64,000 bases of DNA from Oopsacas minuta (lineage: Eukaryota > Animalia > Porifera), in contig JAKMXF010000019.1 of the NCBI GenBank assembly GCA_024704765.1, positions 1-64,000 of the forward strand. The letters run 5' to 3'. Shown here in pieces: positions 1 to 12,675 of the stretch (position 1 is the stretch's first letter; every line of letters begins with the position of its first letter). Below the pieces are notes generated by a model. That model had not been told where the DNA came from and made no database searches. It was given only the letters and a program-made list of their open reading frames with translations. The position numbers and the translations under genes are program-made.

Positions 1-1288
1 CATAATTATTATTACTGTTAATGTGATTGAGTATAATTAACGTATATTTGTATCTGATAGGCCAGTGTAGTTTATCATCATAACCTCCTTTCATAATATG
101 AATGGAAACACCTACCGTATTCAAACAATTCCATCGAATACAGCCCTGACACTTGTATAAACCTACATAGAATGGATCACTGTAAGTATCCTCTTTGTTT
201 TGTATCTTCTGTTTAACACCTTTAATCTTCCATTCCAATTGTCCTGTAGATAGAGGCAGAGGTGTATAAGAATAGAGTACTCCTATAATTGATTTCAGTT
301 CTGAATCCTTCTCAGTAATTTGATTCTCTAAATTCTCGATTTTGGTACTTGCTGTAGCCAGCTCTTTGGTTTTGCTTTCACTTTCATTTTCCAAGATTGA
401 AATCTTCTCAGTTGCTCTATTCAATTCTTGAGATGTTTGAATTTGTTTCAGTTTCATATCAGTCATTGATAATCTGAAGTGAATATGCATGAATTCTCTT
501 TCATGAAGATCCATCTCTCTCCTCTCCATCTCCTCTTTACATCCATGGACCCAATAAGGACACTCTACTTTCTGTAGAGGACACACGTCCGCTAGATGGG
601 CAGGAACATCTCTCCTCTTCATTTGTATGGTCCCTTCCTCTCCTTCTATTACACATGAATTAGGACAAAGATCTGGGAAGTGCTCACAGACCTCCAAATG
701 AGGATTCATCTCACAGGCCTTCACATTATTCACACAGAATTCACACACCAGTTCTCTTAAGGGACATGAGTCTCTCTGGTGTTCTGGAATCCGTCTCTTC
801 TCTAGTCTTATAACTTTCCCTTTCCTCTCTCCTTCTAAACAGACACAACCCAGAGGACACAGTACAGGAAAGAACTCACATTCTTCCAGGTGGTCCATTG
901 CTGTAGTCACTGTGTCACTCCATTCACACCCTCTCTTCTTTAGGGGACAACTAATCTACAAATAAATAACTCATCTATAAACACAAAAAACACTTGTAAA
1001 TAACAATAAATAGACTACCATTTTATCGGAGACAATTTCACGGTTCATCTTTACTGGTTGCCATGCTACACCCTCAGGAATGCAGACACCACACCTCAAT
1101 TCTTCCTGATAGAAACAAGCATCTCTTAACAATCCATTACAAAAGGCACATAACAATAATTTCTCTTCCAGTTTGCTTGATAAGTTGTCTACCAACAAAT
1201 CAACCCTCCATCCTCTGTAGCTACCATCCTCTGTCTTTATGTAGACCAAGTCCTCTCTCCCTTCTGAGTCTGTTAACTTCTCTGCCAT
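1..1288 (-). CDS. TRAF-like protein, copy 0 (degenerate RING, TRAF zinc fingers, coiled coil, MATH); 3' end runs off window
   Basis: Exon 1 1288-1019 (MAEKLTDSEGREDL...SDKM), GT-AG intron 1018-956, exon 2 955-1 reading ISCP...HLEEC...GQLEWKIKGVKQK...SDPFYVGLYKCQG...MKGGYDDKLHWP. Near-identical to the copies at 34.6-45.2 kb. Confidence 0.9.
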
Positions 1289-1692
1289 TATACAATATAC
1301 AAATGCTATAATCAATATAGAATTGCTATTATACTTCAGATATATTCTATAATTGTGCCTACAAATATTACAAATACTAATATTATATTACTCATTATAC
1401 CACAGTTCAAACCAAATAGCTTAGGGTCTGGAATTTATAGGTAACCTGTACAATACGGGTCTATACCCTTCATATCTGCCCTGCTATGATAATCTCCTTA
1501 TAACTCTACTTTCCCTTTAAAATATTTCATAAAGTATTTGGATATTTTCTAAGAATTCTGTGAATTTACAGAATTTGTATACTTTCGTCACAATAATTGT
1601 AACACAGATTGTATTTTATGGGTTTGTTATAATATGGAACTAATTAGTGAAATGTAATATATTCTTGTGAAATAATTAACTCAAAAAAATAT

Positions 1693-2820
1693 TTATACTT
1701 CCACTTCAGAACTTGAACAAGAACTATGAGATTTATCGCAGCCACATGTTACATCATTCTTTTCAACTCCCCTCCCTCTTAGTGTCCGTATGTAATGGTG
1801 TTGCTCCATATCTGTTATGATAACGTCCTGACATTCCTCCCTTTTCTCTTCTGATGCAAACTGTTTCCTTAAACGTATATCTGAGCTTTTTATGAAAAGT
1901 GTCGAACTCTGCGCTCGATCCTCTCTCTCTAGTATAGAGGATATCTTAGCAACCTTTTCTTCAGAAGGAATGTTAGTATCTTCTTCTAAAGACATGAGAA
2001 ACGCTTCATCTTCACTTTCAGTGTATTCGGGTAATACAACATCGGTTTTTTCGATTTCCCGCAGAGCCTGACTGAACCTTGAATTTGATCTGTTGCGAAT
2101 GGCGGACAGCTGGGATCTATTCTTGTCAATTTTGCGAACTAAATTCGACAAATACTGTTTTGTATTCGTAGAAATTGGTTCAGGAAGTGAAGGAGCACTT
2201 TGAGTCCTCCGAAAATTGGCTATTTTCTTTTCCATCTTTTCTTTGAACTCTTTAATATTTGTCTGTTTGAATTCAACCTCAGGTTTGTAGTCATCCTCAT
2301 CTTCCAACTGTTGAAACGCGTCCTGTCTGACAACACGGCCCTCTCTATTCACATGTGGAATGTATACATGTGTTTTCCTTGATTTATTTTTCCTTGACTC
2401 AGTCACTTCGCCCCTTGAATAATTTCTCAAAAGAGAATTGGTATTCTTCTCTTCTTCATCATAGAATTTCGTCACCTCTGTAAACGATATATTTCCATTC
2501 TTATTTAGTTCCCGAGGGGGTTTTATGGATGCGATTATAGATTTATTTCGTGTAGGATTTTCATCGTGCCAAGCATAGAAAGACGTTGCTCTAGACATCT
2601 CTACATCCGGCGGGATTTCCTCATAACCCTCGAGTTTGATTGACTCGTTAGGGACAGGAGAGGAGGATGGCAAACTCGACAGTTTCATTTTTCGTATTTT
2701 CGCTATTTTGGAAGCATGCCAGCGTAACGCTTCCTCTTTCTGTTTGTCGATAGATTTTATTTTCTTAGCAAACTTGGTGTTTATGTTGAAATGTACTTTC
2801 AATACCGAATCTTTGTACAT
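1693..2820 (-). CDS. Uncharacterised 375-aa charged/Ser-rich single-exon protein
   Basis: Long uninterrupted ORF in AT-rich DNA; K/E/S-rich, with a C-terminal Cys/Ser patch; no domain recognised. Confidence 0.65.
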   Translation of the reverse strand: MYKDSVLKVHFNINTKFAKKIKSIDKQKEEALRWHASKIAKIRKMKLSSLPSSSPVPNESIKLEGYEEIPPDVEMSRATSFYAWHDENPTRNKSIIASIKPPRELNKNGNISFTEVTKFYDEEEKNTNSLLRNYSRGEVTESRKNKSRKTHVYIPHVNREGRVVRQDAFQQLEDEDDYKPEVEFKQTNIKEFKEKMEKKIANFRRTQSAPSLPEPISTNTKQYLSNLVRKIDKNRSQLSAIRNRSNSRFSQALREIEKTDVVLPEYTESEDEAFLMSLEEDTNIPSEEKVAKISSILEREDRAQSSTLFIKSSDIRLRKQFASEEKREECQDVIITDMEQHHYIRTLRGRGVEKNDVTCGCDKSHSSCSSSEVEV

Positions 2821-3100
2821 TTCTTATTCTCGTATTCGGTCTCATTTCCCCCATTTTATTGTTCCTTATTATTATTAGTTGTCACTTACTTTCTATAGAA
2901 TGTTATTGTTTACTATTAACACTCAATTGTGTATAATAAAGAGGCGATTAGTGTAATTTGTAAATTATTCCATTTCTTTGTTATTCTATTCATTCAATGA
3001 GTCATATGACTTATTTTAAATACAAGTTTTTGATCTCTCTTCTTCCCCCGGTTGGAGAGGTAGCGGGCAGTGTTGGCAGGAATGGGAACAAAGTTATAAC

Positions 3101-3432
3101 TTAGCCATTTTCATGGAATTTGACTTGTGGCATGAACAGATGGCAATAACCATGAACTGGCATGAAATGTCCTAGAACTTTGTAAGAATATTGTGTGGCA
3201 TGAACTGGTCACATCAAATAACAACACTGCCCTTGGGTGACTAGAATATGTTAGTTTATCACCTACCCCACTCTAAATGCTGCCACTTGCCTAATCATGT
3301 GGCCAGTTCATGTCACAACAATGTTCTTGCCAAGTTCTAGCCAAATACATGTCCTATTAATGTCACAAAGCTCACAAGTTCATGGTTCTTGCAATATTCA
3401 TGCCACTAGCTAACGTACATGAAAATGGCTAA
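3101..3432. mobile_element. Foldback/MITE-like imperfect palindrome
   Basis: ttagccattttcatg (3101) pairs with catgaaaatggctaa (ends 3432); inner arms gtggcatgaactggtcacat / atgtggccagttcatgtcac also pair. Confidence 0.55.
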
Positions 3433-3740
3433 TTCTATGAATTTGTTAGTGCACGGCTACTCTAGGTCGCATCACTGTTTATCGATGCTGGTCCACCAGA
3501 AATTGGCTGATTACTTAGGGGTGTTTGTGAGGTTTTAAATCAGATTGTGGAAATAATTCAGATACTTCCTAGAAGTTGCAAACTTAGAAATTCCATTCAA
3601 ACAATCTGGATTTTGTTCCTAAAATAATTAATTATTGAAAGGAATCCTATTCAGTTACTAACACGTCCATTTGGAATGTCCGTTAGGCTGACAAATAGTA
3701 TAAATTTACATAAGGGATAATGTTTATTTCACAGAACTAA

Positions 3741-5970
3741 ATGAGCACAGACACTGGAGTTACAAAATCTAATTCTCTTCCCCCTCTCCTCTATCACTCG
3801 TCCCTTATAAAATCGGGATGGTGTTTGAAGGAGAGCGGATCGACCTTCATGGGATCCAAGAATTGGAGACGCCGTTTTTTTCGATTGACAGAGTTCCATG
3901 GTTACATTTCCTTGTCCTACTTCAAGTCGTGTAGTGACGAACTGCCAGCTGGGATAATCCCTCTGGATAGGACATACACTACTAGAATCATAGAGCTAGC
4001 TGCTAAAGGAAAGCTACACTGTTTCGCTGTAGGTCCGCTTATAGATGACGGGTCGTCTCGTACATATTATGTGTGTTGTTTGAGTGATCTGGAAAAGAAG
4101 GAATGGATGGCTGCTATTGAGGCAGCTATTGAGGGTAAGGATGAAGTTTATTGACGAACTGGTATTTGTTATAAAAATTGAAATTTGGTATGTGTGTGGA
4201 GTGTGATAAAGGGTCAAATCGATCTCTCTCAAACCCTCTGACAATAGGTGACGAATGTGTCCACCTTTCAGATATGAGGGTTTACCAGTAGGCTGATATT
4301 GTATTTGTTGTGATAAATATATTTCATAGGTGTTCCTCAGGATGCAATGAGACGTGTTAAGACCCTCAGGTCTCGGAATATGTCCCGGAGAGCAGCTAGA
4401 CCTACCCCTGGTGGAGAGGAAGATCCCCTGACTATTGTTACAGATAATGAACCTTCTGATCCTAATGGAGTGGTAAGTAGTATTACTTTAAAATACGTAC
4501 ATCAGGTGTTCGTACATTTTGACTATTGTTTCGTTGCTAGGATACAGAGGAATTCGATAGACAAATGAGTGAAATGCTTGGAGTAAAGAGTTCAGAACTG
4601 AGCCTTCCCTCTCCTACCTTGAATAAGAAGTTTTCCCTCCCCCCTCTATCTAGTCTTGATATCGATCCAATCCTCCTTGACACCCCTGATAGCAATCCTC
4701 AATCATCTACTGATGATGAGGATGATCTGGATTTTGAGACTTGTACAGGCTCTGTATATGATTGTATTAATAAGCCGTTATCAATTGGTAGGTTCTAACC
4801 AATCAATTTACAGTAAAGATAGGCTTAACTACTTTATTCATACAAATAAATGTCTTACAAACACTCAAATCTGATAGGGTGTTATATTTTGTCACCTGTC
4901 TCAGAGAGGTGTGAATATTTTCCTAAGGTATTTGGAACATTTCCTGGATTTATGAGTTACACACACATACCGACTTTCAAGTTTATAGCTCTGAAAATTT
5001 CCCAAAAATCGATATTCAATTATCGACACTTTTAACAAATAAATCTGTTTAGATCTCACATCCCTAGAGGATTACCGTAGCAGTAGATGGCGTATAGACC
5101 AGTGGTTATCAATGAAACATAAAGTAGAGTCTACAAGCTGGAAGAAAGTAGATACTAGTCATGAGATAACTCTAGCTAGAACTAAATTCAGTTCAGAATA
5201 TCCTGTCTTAATTAAGGTATTGTATGACTCCTATATTTAACCATGGATGGTGGGTTTAGTTTATTTCCTTGGATGGTGTTCTATGTCATTTTGAGACAAT
5301 CATCGCTTGGTTGGAAGAAGGGGATCTGTGTGTAAGATAAAATACACGAATTACACCATCCATGGTTAATTATATAATAAGTGGTGACCATTTTCATCGA
5401 ATCTTAAATAACAAAAATATGAATTTGATTATTCATATTTTCTAGTTAGAAGGGAAGTTAGAAGCAGATCCTCAGATAGCTCTAGAATACTTTAAAAATG
5501 CAATTAAAGTAGGAGGAAATTTTGACCATCCCTTTCGTAACGAAATTATCCTAGAATATATTCCAGAAGAACCTGAGGCTGTTGTCATACAGAACTACTA
5601 CCATGTGCCTATTCCTCATATGGATAAACGAGAACTAACAGCTCTTCGTTATTGGGTACCATCCTACATGGATACGGACAATTGCTCTGGAATGGTAGTT
5701 ACTAGAATGAATCATCCTCAGGCAGTTAAAATTAGTGACGTAGAAAAAATACTTCTGTCACCAAGTGGTTTGATCCTGAGACCACATTTTGAGCCCAGTG
5801 GTGAACTACACACTTATTGTACCGTATTTGTACAGATTAATGTCAGAGGGTCTCTCCAGAGGATGTTCAAGACAGCTTATAATTCAGGGCTTCTAAAACT
5901 TGGTTTGAGATCTGTTTTTGGACAGATTAAGCAACATGTAGAAATGTTTGTACGTGCTATGTCTTTGTAA
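3741..5970 (+). CDS. PH domain + START domain lipid-transfer protein (CERT-like architecture), about 5 exons
   Basis: N-terminal PH (KSGWCLKE..KNWRRRFFRL..EKKEWMAAIEAAI); acidic Ser/Thr-rich linker; C-terminal START-like region (SWKKVD..LEGKLEADPQ..HVPIPHMDKRELT..SGLILRP..TVFVQINVRGSL); canonical splice sites link the exons. Confidence 0.75.
5241..5365. mobile_element. piggyBac-type MITE in PH-START intron
   Basis: 12-bp TIRs ccatggatggtg / caccatccatgg flanked on both sides by TTAA (5237-5240 and 5366-5369). Confidence 0.7.
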
Positions 5971-6303
5971 ATATTTATGTTATTCGTATGTAATATGCTC
6001 TGTAGTTTGTTGTTATTATGATTTTGATTTTATTATTGTTTATTGTTGTTATTTACGAATAAATATTTATTACTTATACGGATATGCTTTAATACATATA
6101 TTACTTCTAACAAGAAGTGTTACTCTCTCAGTATTATAGGGAAATAGAAGAAGACCGGTCGTAGAATATGCCGGTTATAAGAACAATCTTAGTGTAGTAA
6201 TAAAATTGGTTCTTATTACCGGTATGTTGTCAGAATCAGGATCTATAATATGGTTCATACATCCAAATGTGTTTTCATAACCGGCATTCACTGTTACCAC
6301 ATA

Positions 6304-6524
6304 CCGTAAACTGGGGCTACTTTGGCCCACTGGGTTTGCTTTAGCCCAAATCTCAAAGCTCCAAAGAAACTAGATTGGATTCAGTATTGACTTGAAAATG
6401 ACTTGCCAAAGTTTTAACGAATTTTAGAAGTTGGAAAACAAATACACTATCTATTCGATACGTAAGAAATTTCAATATTTGGGCTAAAGCAAACCCAGTG
6501 GGCCAAAGTAGCCCCCGTTTACGG
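6304..6524. mobile_element. Tc1/mariner-type MITE with long TIRs, inserted among other MITE fragments
   Basis: About 47-bp TIRs ccgtaaactggggctactttggcccactgggtttgctttagcccaaat / atttgggctaaagcaaacccagtgggccaaagtagcccccgtttacgg with TA on both flanks; lies between ccggttataagaac...ttcttataaccgg-family hairpins (6172-6226, 6527-6587). Confidence 0.8.
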
Positions 6525-7100
6525 TACCCGTTATAAGAACATTAGTACCAGTTACTGATGATGCTCTTATAACTGGTATTCAGTGTATAATTCAGGGAAA
6601 TTGTTACAAAGGAATGTTAAGTATTCAGAGGTCTTAAACTATACGTATGTATGGCATGTCTAATTGTATTTGGAATGACATTAATCCAGGTGTTAGAATT
6701 ATAGAGGTAAACACGACAACAATCTCTATGTACTATATATCCTGTTTTGTCACTACAGGTCTACAGGACCTTTGCCCTTGCTTCCTCTATCAATCTTAGA
6801 TAAATCTGTACTTTGGATTCTCTGCCCTTGGCAAACATCCTTTTAATAATGCCAATCATAATTCACTTCCCATATCAAATGACCCTATAATTGACCTCTA
6901 TACGTAGAGGGTTATAAATACTCAGAGGAGATTATAATTTGTATTTTCATTCCTCTGTTGTCAGCATTTATTCTACAAATTTTATTTTGATTACAATAAG
7001 TGGTTTTAGTGAATAGCTAAAGAAGGGAGAATTAAGATATTTTAGGAAAGAGACAATATGAAAAGCTGATTGTAATATGATTCCTTATATGAATAATCAA

Positions 7101-7331
7101 TATTTTAGTTTCTGATTGGCTTAATTAGTTCCTGATTGGATTAATTAGTTCCTGATGGGATTAATTAGTTCCTGATGGATTAATTAGTTCCTGATGGGAT
7201 TAATTAGTTCCTGATGGGATTAATTAGTTCCTGATTGGATTAATTAGTTCCTGATGGGATTAATTAGTTCCTGATGGGATTAATTAGTTCCTGATGGGAT
7301 TAATTAGTTCCTGATTGGATTAATTAGTTCC
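7101..7331. repeat. 20-bp minisatellite (ttaattagttcctgat[t/g]gga), about 11 copies
   Basis: Directly visible tandem array about 250 bp upstream of the PDE start codon. Confidence 0.95.
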
Positions 7332-7583
7332 TAATCTAAGTTGTCCTGGTAACCTCCCCCCCGGTTAAAATTTACTTTCTGGAATTATAAGGATAAATTA
7401 GTTGACATCAATTGTACTAATTGTATAGGAAAATATTCGAATAAGACATAGCACTTCGGTTAGTACCTACTATTGTAAGTTTCCCGCGGGGCTACGTCTT
7501 ATCAGAGCTCTACTGTAGTTATTTCAGGCGGGTATTCGATATTTCAGGCGCTACATACTGTTATCTAATTTTTGTGTGTTAGT

Positions 7584-10500
7584 ATGAGTTTAAATTATCC
7601 TAGACGACCTAACAGTATAACTAATCCAGCTCATCACATACAGCATGTTACGATAAATAACAAACCTACTGTCAGATCACCAGGGGAACAACCTGTAGGT
7701 ATTTTAAAGTTCCCTAACTCACTATCCTCACTCTCTCCTGAGGAGGTAGAGCAATATCTCCAGACACATCCAGACTTCGCTAGACACTATTACATGTACT
7801 ATTACGCGCCAAGTGAAGTGGATCAGCTGTCCTCCTCCAGGCCATCTCGCACCAGGAGACTATTCAGCCGTAAGAAGGGTACAAGCATAAATAAGAGCAG
7901 ATGGTCTACAACACACCAACCGACCATCATCCAAAGTACAGGAGGTAAAACAGCTAATTGGTATAGAACATCTATGATTACGTATTAATAATATACTATC
8001 TCATTTAGGTTCCGGATACTCAGACCCCGGAGACAGTGGTTCCCCTACCTCAGAGAGCTCTAACACTTCCTATCTGAGATCCTTAGGGTCTCTCCCAGAC
8101 CATGACCTCCTTATAGAGCTCGTTAAAGACATAGCATCAGATTTAGATCTAGTGATGTTATGCACTAAAATCATGCGTAATGTATCTCCATTAATGAATG
8201 CGGATAGATCTTCTCTATTCCTTGTAGAGGGTACTGATACCTCCAGACGACTAGTCTCTAAAGTGTTTGACATCTCAGAGGTTAGTTCTGGTTTATATAT
8301 CTGTAATAAATTCATTGGGGGAAATAATCCCGTGTATAGTCTCCATGTAGTAAGCATTCCAAACGCATATTCCATATTTACAAGGTGTTACTTGATACCA
8401 TAGGGTTCGTCAGATCTCTCCTCTGACGGCTACCATTCTGACTCATCCTTCCCTGAGGTGACAATAGGCTGGGGTACAGGTATAGTAGGTCATGTAGCTA
8501 AGACAGGAGAGACAGTATCAATACCTGATGCATACCAGGATGACAGATTCAACAAAGAAGTAGATGAGAAGACCGGATATTTGACTAAATCTGTGCTATG
8601 TATGCCTGTTAAGATAGAGAGTAGTAATAAGAAAGATAGCTTCATTATTGGTGTTGCTATGGCTATTAACAAATCAGGACCCAGTAAGTCTATTGTGCCT
8701 TTCTCTACTGAAGATGAAAAGGTTTGTTGTTGTTGTTGGTGTTGTTGTCGTTAAACTCCTTTCTGGAGGTGTCATAATGTTATGTACACGGGCCACTTGT
8801 GTCCTGTGGTATGCTCTGAAGATGATACACTTGTTGTAGTTAAGTTCGACCTCACTACCTAATTATATTGTTGTTTATTACATCATATTTGTTGTTATCA
8901 ATACTCTCGTGTAGATATTCGCCAAGTTCTTGACCTTCTGTGGAATAGGCATAAGAAACGCTCAGAGGTTTGAGAGAGTACAAGAAGAAGAAATATTCAA
9001 ACACAATCTCCTTAACATGGCAGAACTATTATACAATGATTTCTCTTCAATGGAGACTTTTGCTAAAAGAATAATGGAAGTTAGCTATGAGATGCTAGAC
9101 TGTGAGAGATGTACCGTCTATGTTCTGAAGGAGAGAACAGGTTTAGATGATGATACCACTTTCAGTGAAGTTTACACATATGAGCCTGATAGCGACAAAG
9201 AATTCGCCCCTGAGAAAGTATTACCAAGAAGTAAATCTAAATTCAGTATCAGGAGATTGAGTGCTACTTGTTTGTCAGTTAGAAGTGGTCTTGTTTATGA
9301 CGTAGCAAGAACAGGTCAGTAAAATTTCTTAAATATAATATTTTTGAAAAGAGTGGCACAAGGTTAACTGCCACATGGCAGTAAATTAAGTGGCTGTTAA
9401 CTATTAGACACTATTTTCAATGACTTTTTGTTTAGGAAATTGTAAGAATTTGAACTTGAGAGACATGAGTCCGTTATCAGAATCCTGTCTTGAGATGGAT
9501 AACATCTATGAAGGAGATACGAATGTATTAATGATGCCAATATGCTGTAGAGGCAAAGAGATTGTGGGAGTAGCACAGTTCGTGAACCGATCTGATAAAA
9601 ATCCTTTTAACGAGGTGGATGAATCCAATTTTGCAACTTTTGCCATATTCTGCGGATTGGGTATAAAACATATAAACGATTTTGAGCGGGCTAGGACACT
9701 ATTAGCTCAGCAAAAAGTCACAATCGAGCAACTAACATATCATATCGTAGCCTCCGAAGAGGATGTTAAGAAATTATCCAAACAGATGATACCTAGTGCT
9801 GGAGAAATTGGGTTAATTGATTTTGACTATTATCTAGATAATGCGGATGATGAGAATAGTATACTGTATGCTGTATCAATGTTTCAGAGCCTGGGATTAG
9901 TTAGGAAATTCAGTATTGATCAGACTAGCTTAATCAAATTCCTTCTGACACTTCGTAAGAACTACAGACCCGTGTTGTATCATAATTGGTGTCATGCTTT
10001 TCATGTTGCAAATTCCATATTCGTTATTTTAGAGACAGGGGGTATGTCTACTAGATTCACAGATTTGGAGAAGTTAGCTCTCATGATTGCTTCATTTGCT
10101 CATGATGTAGATCACAGAGGAACCAATAATAAATACCAGCAGGAATTTGATACTCCTCTGTATAATCTTTATAATACAAGTACGATGGAACATCATCACT
10201 ACAAGTAAGCTGTAATTGAATTATCTGTTATATTGTAATACACGCTTGGATAGAAATTGTATAAATATACCCCGAACTTTCAAAGTAACATAAATATATC
10301 GGTCATACCGAATTCCACATGGATGGGAGTATTTATTGTTCCTTTGAGGATTAACTGTATTTCTTAAAATATACTGAAGGGGCTGGTAATTGGTCCTTAC
10401 CCTTATGAACTATTAACACCTATATTGTATTCTCCAGACACTGTGCTCTGATCCTACAGTGTGAAGATCACCAGATCCTCTCCGGTCTATCCAAGGAGCA

Positions 10501-11008
10501 GTACTCCACTATACTCAGTCTTCTACAGAAAGCTATACTAGCTACGGACTTAGCTGTATATTTTGAAAAGAGAGTAGAATTATTTCAATTAATAAAAGAT
10601 AACAAATTTGATGATCTTAATTCACATCATAAACAGCTGTTACTGTCTATGCTAATGACAGCTGCTGATCTTTCATCTATAACTAAACCATTTGATGTAC
10701 AATATAGAGTGGCGCATCATGTAGCAGAGGAGTTCTGGCAACAGGGTGATATTGAGAGGGAGAAACTTGGACAAGCACCTCACCCGATCATGGATAGACA
10801 GAAAAAATCAGAACTCCCTAAACTACAAGTAGGATTTATAGATGGCATATGTCTCCCACTTTATCAACACCTAGCTCAGCTCAACAAACGTCTCTATCCT
10901 CTACTTGATGGATGTAATATAAACAGGGCTAAATGGGTACAACTAGACGATGAGCACTGCAGGAATTCTCTAGCACAGAAAATACATGAGGATAGTCGTC
11001 ACTGGTGA
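7584..11008 (+). CDS. GAF-GAF class I cyclic nucleotide phosphodiesterase (PDE5/PDE11-like)
   Basis: Two GAF domains (GIVGHVAKTGETVSIPDAYQDDRFNKEVD; IVGVAQFVNR) and catalytic motifs YHNWCHAF, HDVDHRGTNN, EHHHY, LATDL, TAADLS, EEFWQQGD, QVGFID across spliced exons. Confidence 0.93.
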
Positions 11009-11279
11009 CTTTATAATACGAACTGTTCATTGCTTTTATATATTTTTGTTATTCTTTTGTATTTTTATTGATTATTTTGTTTACTAATATACTTACTATA
11101 CACCCCCGAGACTTGTTAAGAGGGCAAACCCATGAGAAGAGGATACATGAACACCTTGATGGTCCAAGGAGGACAGGAGGGGACCATATAATGTATTAAA
11201 ATTGGTATAGGGGGTCGAAACTGGTCCGTTGGGAACCTATGTGCTTGACAAAAATGAACAGTTAACCCTTGTGTGTAGG

Positions 11280-12642
11280 ATGACTTGGTATACAGGTCTG
11301 TCTATAGAAGTATCGGAAGCCAAATCCTTAGAACCAGGAATACTCTTACAAGCTTGCTCTCTTAATCCTTACTGTGGTGTTACAGTCGATAACACTAAGA
11401 TATGTCGTACAGCCACTAAATTCCACACATCTACACCTCTATGGACAGAGGAGTTCTACTTCCATTGTCCTCAGAAAGGGTTCCATTATGTCACATTCAC
11501 AGTTACCCATGATGATACCATAAAGTCTCGTAAACTGGGCAGACTCATGTTAAGCTGGGAACAAATAGGGAGCGGACCGATTAATGGATGGTTTCCTTTA
11601 TATGAAGTTTGTCTGTTTGTTATCTCTACAGGTGTTAAAATATGAATATATGCAATTTATAGGTTAAGAAGAGTGATGAGGTACAAGGAGAGATATATTT
11701 AGCAGTAGCTAAATTTGGTAGTAAGCTTAGAGTGCTAGTCAGTGAAGCAAAAGACTTAGCAGCTAAAGATGTTGGTGGGTCAGCTGATCCTTATTGTCAA
11801 CTCACATTTAATGGTACATACCAACTGGTCCCCTATTGTCCTATATTGTCTTATCCTCCCCCATATGGTAGGTGTTACTTATAAAACCAAGAAATTGGAC
11901 AGAACAAGGTTTCCTGCGTGGATGGAATCTTTTGACTTTCCTTTAGCCTCTAATCAATTGAATGACAGCTCTTCTCTCGTAATTACTGTATTAGATAAGG
12001 ATATTATAGATGATGATTTTATGGGAGAAGTTATCATACCATTTTCTGAGATTTCTAACATGGATACAGCTGTGGGTCAATGGTATTCACTTCTACCTCG
12101 TACTAGAGATAGAGCTGTACAGGTTAGTAACTGTTATGGACTAAGGAATGTGTAATAATCTCAATTATATGGACTGTTGTATAGGAGTCCCTTGGGTCTC
12201 TACGAATTAAGGTATCATTGGTTAGAGAATACCTACTGAGGGGAGAGGTGTACTCACCCCTGAGAGAGGTTATGACAGCTGCTGTTAATGATAACTTCAG
12301 TCAGCTGTTTGATTTGTTCTCTAAGAACTCTGTCATTCCATTGGGCAACACAGCTCGGAACCTTATGACATTCTATCTATCAGCTGGTGAGTTTTTAGTT
12401 GTATATTCAATAGGCTACATATTTACTGCACCGTTCCCAATAGATCTTGTATTACCATATCTGTACTGTGTATGTAACGCAGAGCTAAATATTTGTGAAA
12501 GATCCTAACACTTTATTCAGGGCTAATTCTCTAACTTCGAAGAGTTATGATCATCTACTCAAACTGACTTCTATTCCCTATCTTAAGAATACTTTGCAAT
12601 ATACCATTCAAAGGGTGAGTACATTTCGTTACATTATTGTCA

Positions 12643-12675
<33 letters not shown>

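Noticed and set aside
1063-1311. Conserved antisense ORF MLHPQEC... opposite each TRAF exon 1
   Set aside because: Conserved only because the TRAF copies are near-identical; absent in copy 2; no independent support.
7479-7490. E2F-like site TTTCCCGCG upstream of the PDE (similar GCGGGAAA at about 57938)
   Set aside because: Single short motifs are expected by chance; no supporting data.
8724-8754. Poly-Cys tracts in PDE and RasGAP ORFs (also 12645-12670)
   Set aside because: Read-through into intronic (GTT)n microsatellites past splice donors.
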